From Octopus bimaculoides (lineage: Eukaryota), in assembly GCF_001194135.2 (NCBI RefSeq), contig NC_068985.1, positions 501,816 through 565,815 of the forward strand: DNA of 64,000 nt. Direction: 5' to 3'. The notes under the pieces were generated by a model, which saw nothing but the letters and a program-made list of their open reading frames with translations, had not been told where the DNA came from and did no database searches. Position 1 is the first letter of the stretch. Every line of letters begins with the position of its first letter. Below, piece after piece: positions 53,891 to 64,000 of the stretch. The position numbers and the translations under genes are program-made.

Positions 53891-55477
53891 TTGTTGTTTC
53901 TTATGTCATTGTTATGGGCAACATTTTATTTTACAAATATGTTTTATTTCTGCTGTTTTAGATATGTTGTTTGTTTATTATGCAATGAATTAAATAAGGC
54001 TTTGATATCAGCTTAATAACACCGCTTGCGAAGACAATCCTTTATGTTTTAATGCAAAATTCCTATGCAAAACACTTGCGCATCAAAATATTTGATGGAA
54101 ACAACAATGCAAATCTCATATTTTCATACGATGCCTTTCTAATTCCAACCAATCTAAATTGAATCCATATACTTTCTCACACCAATTGTTGTATTTAGAT
54201 TAATCCTAACAACTCTCTTTTACATTGTAAACATTCCTTAAAAGTTTACCAAGAAACTAATAACCTCTCTGGAAAATGTAGTGACTTCATTAAAATACTC
54301 TCTGTATATCCAAACTTCCTGTGGCTTAAACAGGAGTAAAGTTGTTTCACTCACCAAATTTCGTAAGTGATTGAAAGCAAAACTTCAAATGGAAGTTGCT
54401 ATCCTCTGCAAAATCACATCCCTAGCAACACTTGCACATCACTCCTGCCCCATCTGAAACAGATGGGTGAATAATTTAAACTGTCCTTTAGGTTACACTG
54501 TCAAGAGAATCTCAGCCACTACTGGGTGGAGTTTCCCTAGCAATGCATCTCTTACAAGACCATTATCCAAGCTGAAAAAGATGACTGTGTGCATCATAAA
54601 GACCTCAAGAGTCACTCTTCTCAAACTGCAGCCTTCTATTTTTTATCCTTTGCCACCAAGTTTTCAGAATCTTCACCTCTTCCCTTTTTGAAGAATGATG
54701 GCTCTGTGGCAAAGGTCATCCTTAACATAACTAACACCACATCACAAAGACAAGCTTTTCTCTTCAGGAGTAGAAATTACTTCAGTCTGTTTTCAATTTT
54801 ATTCCTTTTCTTTTTCATTCTGTTAATATTTTTGTTGACAACTTAATACATAACAGTATTTTTAACAGATTTTTTATATTTTTATAACTAGGTATTTTTA
54901 TTATGAAACGATTATATTATTACTTCCATTTTTTAAATGCTCTTTTAGCTTTATACATTTGTATATATTATTTCATAATATATATTCTTTATTTCCCCAC
55001 AAATGTTGAACATATATTTGCCATTTTAATGTTAATCTCCTTTTTATATCCAGATTAACTTGAAGCATTTTCTTAATCTTTCTTTCTTTTCTACTCCACT
55101 TGTTCTCATCAATCTCACCAACCAAACTTTTCTTATAAATGGAAACATCATTTAACCATAATATACTCCAACATTATATTCCATTGGTAACTTTTTGGAA
55201 TTGCTGATTCCTGACTGATGACAAACAGGCAGAACTGTTAGAACATCAGACTAAAATGTTTGGTTGTATTTGAAGTTCAAATCCCACCAAGGTCAAGTTC
55301 ATCTTTCATTCTTTTGGAGTCAATAAAATAAAGTACTGCTCAACATTGAATAAACCCCTCCCCTCAAAATTTGTTGACTTCTTCCTAAATCAAAAACCAT
55401 TATATGACTTTCAGGTTCATTAACACCCACATTCACATATTTCCAGTTTAAATTTAACTTAGCAATCCCATGAAATA

Positions 55478-55515
<38 letters not shown>

Positions 55516-55759
55516 ATACCGGCAACGTGTTCATTACTCCCATTAAAATATATTCTGATGCCACAAATCCAAAAGTTACCCAAAGATCTCTCCACACAAT
55601 ATTCTTGTGAGTATGCAACTGTAAACTTAACGGTCCCGACCATTTGTCGCGAGCCTCATCTTCCATACCAGTTGCCACATATATCCGATGCAGTGTATAC
55701 CCCTGGCTGGCTGATGCTCCATTGGTTATGCTGGCAAGTGTTCCAGTTGATTTGATCAA

Positions 55760-56030
55760 TGTAATAGCCTCCTCGTGAAATTAACATGCAAGTGGCTGAG
55801 TACTCCACAGACATGCATACCCTTAATGTAGTTCTTGTGGTGATTCAGCATGACACAGAGGCTGGCCCCTTTTAATTACAGGTACAACTCAGTTTTTGCC
55901 AGCTGAGTGGACTGGGACTATGTGAAATAAAAAGTCTTGCTTAAGGGCACAACACACTGCCAGGAATTGAACTCACAACCTCACGATCATGAGTCAAATA
56001 ATCCTAACCACCAAGCCGTGGGCCTTCATG
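55760..56030 (-). mobile_element. tRNA-derived SINE
   Basis: Reverse strand has ggttaggattatttgactcatgatcgtgaggttgtgagttcaattcc (A/B-box head). Confidence 0.7.
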
Positions 56031-56039
56031 CCTTTTAAA

Positions 56040-56700
56040 CCTTTTGAGACACCATTATTATTTCAGTTGATCTTTCAAAAACTTTTAATGCATATCTCCT
56101 TTAAAAGTTTATCCATTTTCTAATCGTACACCTTATTAATGCAACCTAAACAAGCCACACATAACTATTGTTCTCAAGTGAATTGTTTCCCATAATACCA
56201 ATCCAAACCTACAACTTAGAACCCTTTCTGTACCTCTTAAATTGCATTCCCTATTAAACATTTTACAGACCCTAATTGTCATGCTACCATAACGATATAG
56301 AATCAGCCACCTCTTCAACTGATATTATTATTATCATAGTCACCTAACTTAATATTAACTTATTGTTTGTCATTCCAACTGATTCTCTATTTACCCCACT
56401 TCAAGTGTTCATCACTATTATTCATTATTTCTACCTGAACTCCTCCGTATAGCCCCACTTCTCATGGTTAATTTAATTTTAATGAAACATCTTGTCTCAT
56501 TACAATCATTTATAACGACTATCATAAAAGTTAACCAATTATTTTCTTTCTCCCATTTATTCTAGCACTTGCCATTACCCCTTATGCTTCATTAAAATTA
56601 TAGAGCAACAAAACCTTCCATTTTAAAATATACAACAACTACAATTTATTTAAACTCTCAAACAATACAAACACTTATTCTCCTGTATTAAAACATACAA
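56040..56700 (+). mobile_element. Very old LINE RT remnant (family unclear)
   Basis: IIISVDLSKTFN at 56054-56089 resembles RT motif DLSKAFD; rest heavily decayed. Confidence 0.3.
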
Positions 56701-57671
56701 ATCTATTCTAAAAACCCTTCTTGTCTTTTGTCACTACTTCAATCCAGTGAATGAATCTATAACTCACAAATGTAGTTTGTTCCCTTCTCTTTTATTTCAC
56801 TTTCTACTTTCTCCCATAGATGGAATAAATGTAATCACTTCCTTTTTCATCACTCTTCTACTTGAACAATTTTTCAATAGGTTTTATCCAATTTTGCTTC
56901 AATCTTTTTTTTCCCACTTTTTTAATGATTTTCATTTTATATACTAACAGTTGTCCTCACATTATAACTCACTCACCCACCCACCCACNNNNNNNNNNNN
57001 NNNNNNNNNNNNNNNNNNNNNNNNNNNNNNNNNNNNNNNNNNNNNNNNNNNNNNNNNNNNNNNNNNNNNNNNNNNNNNNNNNNNNNNNNNNNNNNNNNNN
57101 NNNNNNNNNNNNNNNNNNNNNNNNNNNNNNNNNNNNNNNNNNNNNNNNNNNNNNNNNNNNNNNNNNNNNNNNNNNNNNNNNNNNNCACACACGCACACAA
57201 ACGTGTGTGTGTGTGTGTGTGTGTCAGTGTGTACATGAACCAATCTTGTTTAGTCACTTCCCAAAGTATACTTGATTTCTAGAAACATTACTAAATATTT
57301 TTTATAATTGGAACCTTAATTTCCTTGTTCTTATATTTGAAACCCCCACCTATACATCTTCCCCTAAACCAAATTTTTCACTTTTAAATACTTCTTACTA
57401 TCAGACATAAGCTTCACTTTCCTTCTTTTTCATTCTCATTCTTGTTTTACATTCTTTCTTCCATGCTTCAAACCAATTTCTGACAACACACAACTTTTTC
57501 CAGTTTTTAATTGCTAGGATTTAAAAAAATGTATGCCAGTCTTCAATTAGATAATGTTTACATGTTCTTTCATTATTCAAAAGGTTTCTAGAATAGTTCC
57601 AGTAATAAAATTAAATCTACCTCCACCACTTTATATATTTTCTTGTTTTAATCAATATATATATATACATC

Positions 57672-57855
57672 GTGCTGGTGACACGTAAAAGCACCCACTA
57701 CACTCTTGGAGTGGTTGGTGTTAGGAAGGGCATCCAGCTGTAGAAACCCTGCCAAATCAGATTGGAGTCTGGTGCAGCCTTCGGGCTCACCAGTCGTCAT
57801 TCAAACTGTCCAATCCATGCCAGCATAGAGAGCAGACATTAAACGATGATGATGA

Positions 57856-57858
<3 letters not shown>
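57672..57858 (+). mobile_element. RTE-family 3' end with (GAT)n tail
   Basis: Nearly the same sequence as 22730-22898. Confidence 0.85.
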
Positions 57859-57896
<38 letters not shown>

Positions 57897-57899
<3 letters not shown>

Positions 57900-59330
57900 T
57901 CATCGTTTAACATCTGCTTTGCTTTCCATGCTGGTATGGGATAGATGGTTTGACTGAGGACAGGCAAGCCAGGAGGCTGCACAAGGCTCCAATCTGTTCT
58001 GGCAAAGTTTCTACAGCTGGATGCTCTTGCCACCGGCATGGAGGTCAGTCAGGTGAAATTGACATCAGCCATGGCTATGATCTCACTTGGCTTGACAGGT
58101 CTTCACAAGCACATCATATCGCCAAAGGTCTCAGTTGCTTGTCATTACCTCTATGAGGCCCATTGATTGAAGGTCATGCTTCACCAGCTCATCTCAGGTC
58201 TTCCTGGGTCTACCTCTTCTACAGATTCCTTCCATTGTTAGGGTGTGACACTTCTTCCCACAGCTGCCCTCATCCATATGCATCATATAATCATACCAGC
58301 TCAGTCATCTCTCTTGCACACTGCATCTGATGCTTCTTATGCCCAACTTTTCTCTCAGGGTGCTTACACTCTGTCGTGTCTGCACACTGACATTACACAT
58401 TCAGTGGAGCGTACTGGCTTCATTTCTTTCAAGCTTTTGCATGTCCTCAGCAGTCACAGCCCATGTTTCACTGTCATGTAGCATGTTTGTTCACACATAT
58501 GCATTATACAATCTACCTTTCACTCTCAGCGAGAAGCCCTTTGTCACCAGCAGAAGTAGGAGCTCTCTGAACTTTGCCCAGACTATTCTTATTCTAGCAG
58601 CTGCACTCACAGAGCATCCACCCCTGCTACTGACTTGGTCACCTAGGTAACGGGAGCTATTGACAACTTCTAGTTTTTCCACCTAGCATGTGATGGAATC
58701 TGTTTTCTGTACATCTTCGGTGTTTAATGTCTCTGTGCACCTTCCACACACAAAAACTATCTTCCCAGTTAACCTTCCTCTGATATTGCTGTACCTCTTA
58801 TGTGTCCATAGCTTACACTGGGTACTTCTTATGGACTTTCTATCTATGCCTTTTGTACAGATCGAGCAGGGCCAACTACCTGAAGGGATTTGTGATTTGT
58901 CTGCCTTCCTACTTACTAAGACTTTCGTTTTTGCTAGATTGACTCTAAGGTCCTTCGATTCTAGACCTTGCTTCCACACCTGAAATTTCTTCTCTAGTTC
59001 TGGTAGTGACTCATATATTAGAGCAAGGTAATCAGCATAGAGGAGCTCCCAGGGGCAGCCTGTCTTGAATTTCTCTGTTAGTGCCTGGAGGACTATGATG
59101 AATAAGAAGGGGCTGAGGACTGATCCTTGGTGAACCCCTACTTCTACCCGGAATTCTTTGTTATACTCGTTGCCAACTTTTACCTTACAGGCAGCATCCC
59201 TGTACATGGCTTGTACAGCTCTCACTAACTACTCATCTATCCCTAGTTTCTGCATTGACCATCAGATAAGGGATCAGGGGACCCTGTCAAGGGCTTTCTC
59301 CATGTCAACGAAGCCAAGTACAGAGATGTT
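57897..59330 (-). mobile_element. 5'-truncated RTE LINE (RT to 3' end)
   Basis: ORF 58683-59225: FRVEVGVHQGSVLSPFLF...LLYADYLALI (YADD mutated), NLAKTKV, Cys-rich insert; RYLGDQVSSRGG; ends in the family 3' tail. Confidence 0.92.
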
Positions 59331-61608
59331 TCACTACCTAATCAGCGATTTAAAAACCTTAGAAAACGGTGAAACACTGGTACCGCTGTCAGTACTCACA
59401 TCATTAGCAAAAATCTATGTACGTTTTTTAATTGACTAATTTATAAACTAGTATTGAATTCACTCTTCTGGTTTAGTTACTTTGTTCACATTCTAGCCTT
59501 CTAAAATGAATACAAGCAATATAAAACTGAAGGGCCGAGGGCACCGGTGCATAGCATGATAGGAGCCCAAGCATGAAACTCTTGACCCTTGAGCAATTTT
59601 GTAATTTCTGCTGATTAAATACACATACGCACACACACACCAGATGCACAAGCACGTATATACATACGTACATTCAAGCCAATGAATCTCCCTACAGATG
59701 CTGGATTTGCAAGAAATAACAGCTAAATCTCCCTCAATATCAAAGTCTGCCATCTTGCAGAGGAAAAGGCTATAAGTTCAGAAAAAGAATAAAACGTTTT
59801 CTCCGTGAAGAAACCAGCTAAAGTATAAACAGAATGTTAAACACCTTATTAAATTCATTAAAAATATCGAACAAATTCAAATTACCTATCTCTTAAAAAA
59901 ATCATGAGTGATGGTCAATTTTTCGATTTGAGAAATCATACAATACATCTGCAATAATAGTGGGCATTTCTCTTCTTTTATTTCTAACATAATGAAGGAA
60001 TACCAAATATATATGAAGAGGTAACCTTGAATTAGTTGCCGTTAGTAAATTGTAGAATATAGTATCGATGCGGTATCGTTAAAATGGTGAAGAAATTATT
60101 CTTCCTCTGTTCATCATGAATTGTAGAACGTTTAACGGAAAGAGTATCTTCATATTATAGAGTGGTAACACTGACAACAACCACTCCGATATACACTTTT
60201 CCATAAACATAGGACAAATGTAAGGGGAAAAAAAGAAACATCACTACACAGTAAAAGAATAAGAGACAGGTAAGGAATGAGAATTAAAAAAAATAACAGT
60301 TCGTAATAATAATAAGGAAATATCGGGAAAAAAGAAAAAGTTAAAGGAAAAAGATTGCAGCAGATGAGGGATTTTAACAGAAAGACAAAAGAAGAAAGAG
60401 ATGAGGAAATAAGATTGCATAAAAAAAAAAGATTATTGAAGAAGAAAAAAAAAAGAGAAATAAAACTTTCAAAAAAGGAGAGAAAAGGAAAGAATAAACA
60501 GACAACAAGAGTGAAAAAACGACAAAAAATAAGATAAGAAGAGAAAAGTTCTGCAGAGACAATTTACAGAGAATGTAAGGTTAAATGTAATTTCAGGGTA
60601 CAACGTTTGTGATCCTAATCATAATTATGCATTAGAAAAAAGTTGTATACCTGGGCTCTATACGCAAAATATATGGCAAGGAATTATTAGGGACGTGTCG
60701 CACGAATGGTATTTGCCCATAACCACCAGAATTTATAGTAGGTGTGGCTGCTTTCGTGTAGAAATCTTGGCAAGTGGAATCACAATCACCACCGTGATAA
60801 CAAAGACGAACGATGGTTTAAATTGTTTGGAATCATTCATTTTTTTACTCACACGTAACATCGTGCAGGTGTACCACGTGCATATACAAGTGTATGGCGA
60901 GTGTACGGTAGACTAGAAAATAAGACAAACTTACATACAAAAATTACTTGAACAAGGTTTTACTGATATTTGACTTCCTGATTATACAACTTTCTCCTAA
61001 CAAAGTTTAATTACAAAATACATTGAACATGTTTATTACGACTGACACACACGCGGGCGAAATGTACCGAGTGAGAGAGAAAAAAAAAATGTTATATATA
61101 CTGAAACACTTTCACTCATGGATATACAATTATTTACACATCATTATATGTCTCAGGTTAATGTAAGGAAAGCAATTAGATATATTTAAATTATCTTACA
61201 AAAACTTTGTTGGCTCACCATTCTAGAAGCAGCAGAAAATTGGTCACTCTGGTACAAAGCCACGTTCGCAGTAACATGAAATATCCAAAGAACATTCTGG
61301 GATGACAGCAGGTTTTCTGAGATACAGGCGGACACAGAAAGGGACCCCGCCTCTTTTTCTGAAATCCAAAACAACCTCGCTTTAAGATACAAACCGGAAG
61401 TGACTCACTTCCAACAAGTTGTGCAAACTAATATTAAATAGTAAATACAGCAGACAGATCGTTGGAGATAAGGGTAGGTCTTCTTTAAGGGTCAGTTCAG
61501 AATCAAGACACTCTCTAAAAAACATTTGGGACCAAAATTATCAGAGAAAGTGGGTTTATAAATAAATAAGCTTTTACAGAATAAACAGGTGCAATGTTCG
61601 TAGATATA

Positions 61609-61956
61609 GGCGCAGGTAAGAAGTTTGCTTCCCGACTAGATGGTTCTGGGTTCAATCCACCTGTGTGATATCGTGCGCCTTTTACTATAGCCTTGAATTG
61701 ACCAAAGCCTTGTGAGTGGATTTGGTAGGCAGAAACTGAAAGAAGCCTTTCGTATATGTGTGTGTGTGTGTTTGTCCCCCACCACCGCTTGACAACCAGT
61801 GTTGCTGTGTTTACGCCTCCGTAACTAACGGTTCGGCAAAAGAAACCGATAGAATAAGTATCAGGCTTAAAATATGTACTGGGGTCGATTCATTCGACTA
61901 AAAATTCTTGAAGCCAGTGCCCCAGTATGGTCGCAGTCTAATGACTGAAACAAGTT
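61609..61956 (+). mobile_element. Bipartite tRNA-derived SINE
   Basis: gtaagaagtttgcttcc...gggttcaatcc...gagtggatttggtaggcagaaactgaaagaagcc-(TG)n-...gtactggggtcgatt...atgactgaaacaag. Confidence 0.8.
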
Positions 61957-64000
61957 ACGATATTTTATAGTTTCCATTAAAAAAAATCAGAACAAAAACT
62001 GTCCAAAAGCACGAGATTGAAACTTATTTCAAAACTGCAAGAAATGATTCAAGGAAGGAGTTTTTTTATATCAGAAGCTTTTGGTTTGCTTCGAATGGAC
62101 TTCAACTCCAGGTTTCCAAGTTGTCACCGAAGTCCCCCACCCCTCACAATCTCTCTCTCTCTCTATCTCTTTGGACCACATGCTCAGCAGCCACAGAACA
62201 TGGCCGTTGATTTAATGTTCCTTAGTGTGGTGAAATAGTAATTATTGTTGAAGAACGTGGCAAATGAAATGTTATTTTGAAGTATTATGGCAATCGCATT
62301 GAATTCATAAATGATTCTCTCATTTATTTCATACTTTACAATGTTGCTGACGTTGAGAGTTATCCAGCAATTTGACAAAGTTCATGGAAAGATTAATATT
62401 TTGATTCCAGCTCAGCAAGAATGCTTCTTTATGAAATTCATGGTCTCATATCCTTTCTTAATTTTCAAACATTTAACGGTCGTAGCTACGCTTTTTCAGA
62501 GGAAAGCATCTTAAAAATCAGAGTTGATACAGGACGAGAGTCTTTAAATGGCAGCCATGTGAGAGGCTTCGGTGTTTTGCATAGAAGAAAGTCCGAGAAT
62601 CCTATTTACTATTCTCCTTAAAAACTGTAATTTAGTGGATCAAGTATCAATATGGCTAAAGTGCAGAAGTGATCTTGCTGACTTCAACTCCCAGGTTCAG
62701 TTGCAATCTCCTTGTAGGAAAAAGAGATCAGTGACGAAATCCTTCGACGTTGTATTACTTGCCATTGATGACAAAGTTGTTTCTATGAATTGCGAGAGTA
62801 TCAAATACACCTCCTGCCAAACATTAACAACAGAACGATTAAAAGACACTTTAAGGAACATTGAAAACATCTTGAAATATATTTGGGAAAAAGAACCCAA
62901 ATTGCAATCAGAATAAAAATTCATTCTACAATGCTGTGCTTGATAATATTCTCTATAAGGAAGTTCTGGTGTTAGACTAAATAGTAAATAAAGGAAACAA
63001 ATAAAGTTTAAGAGATAATTCGTTGCTATTATGCAAAAGTGTCGTAAGTCCAAAACGTTGCTTTTTCAGAAAACGAAAAAATAGTTTCACCGTTCCATAG
63101 TAAAAAAACATACAAAAAAACCGTCGACAATTTTTGATATTTTGGCATCTGAAGCAGTTGGAGATACGATAGTTTGACGAAAAGAACCGGATATTGCAAG
63201 CAAAATAAATGTTGAAAAACAAAAAAGAGAAAAAGTGGAAACGCATTTAGCCAGATTTGGACATACGACAGTTTAACGTAATAGCAACGATATGGTTTCG
63301 GAAAATGGGAAGCCTACAAGTGAAATACAAATATTTATATAGCATGGCAAAAAAGTCTTAGCTTAGTGCCTGAGTAAAACTGGTTTACCCTGATATATAC
63401 AAACAGACATATTTATAGGGAGATGTTTGATATGAGCCATTTTGTAACTTAACAAATATAAAACTATAGGCTCGTTTCTTCTGTCTATTGTACTAAACTT
63501 TAGAACTTGTATATGTATACATATCTTTATGTGCGCGCACACGTGTATGTATATGTATATATGTGTCTTTCAGTGTGTATCTCTATATTTACGTATGTAT
63601 AAATGTATGTGTGAGAGAGAGAGAGTGTGTGTGTGTGTGAGCACGTGTGTGGAGAGAGGGAGAGAAAGAGAGTGAGAGGGTTGGTCTGCTAATTGGTAGA
63701 TGTGCTAGTGTGTCGAGCAAAACGTTTTCCCATATTTGTAGCGGTTTTGTATGTGAAATAGCCTTATTAATCTGCAGGTGGCTGGCGTAGACAGGTCGAT
63801 CTTAAAGGCAACAAGGCGACAATGGCACGTGATGACTTTCATCCAGAACTGGATGGCGGAAACAGTCAAAAATGTAACAAACATTTAATGGAGCAAAACG
63901 CACACACACTCTCCCTCTGGTTCTCTCTCTCCGTCTCTGTCTGTCTGTTTGTTTGTCTGTCTGTCGTTTGTCTCTATCTCTCTCGCTCTCTCTCTCTCTC

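Larger units (their letters stand above)
14281..57185. other. Thirteen assembly gaps (N runs) spread across this span
   Basis: 14281-14434, 18897-19047, 21041-21050, 25934-26033, 26545-26959, 28139-28547, 36578-36768, 38784-39160, 40051-40060, 43581-43590, 45047-45560, 46485-46707, 56989-57185; most border (TA)n/(CA)n/(CT)n tracts. Confidence 0.95.

Noticed and set aside
52920-54800. Possible transposase or LINE peptide remnants
   Set aside because: No diagnostic motif could be read with confidence.
412-57257. Numerous long ORFs rich in YI, CV, TH or X
   Set aside because: Translations of (TA)n/(TG)n/(CA)n microsatellites and N-gaps.
63420-63440. Resemblance to miR-190 (agatgtttgatat)
   Set aside because: Seed does not match and there is no hairpin; no conserved miRNA that I could recall was found in the window.

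Overview
AT-rich, repeat-dense animal genomic DNA from a draft assembly, with 13 N-gaps that mostly sit at (TA)n/(CA)n microsatellites. The repeat landscape resembles a cephalopod (Octopus-like) genome; this is an inference from repeat types, not a database result. Almost all long ORFs in the track are translations of microsatellites or N-runs. Real content: decayed retroelements (RTE, CR1-like, L1/Tx1, R4/Dong, Penelope, Gypsy), tRNA-derived SINEs, Tc1/mariner remnants and many MITEs. The one convincing host-gene feature is a minus-strand first coding exon (31094-30974) encoding a signal peptide, with a GTAAGT donor and a CCAAT/TATA-like promoter; its downstream exons could not be placed. I found no complete novel multi-gene system. 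The best leads are that secreted/membrane-protein gene, a minimal hammerhead-like motif, a strand-asymmetric RNA hairpin, a repeat with Oct+CCAAT cassettes in both inverted arms, fold-back structures that could be dsRNA/ADAR substrates, and weak exon candidates for a divergent plus-strand gene. Boundaries of decayed repeats are approximate.
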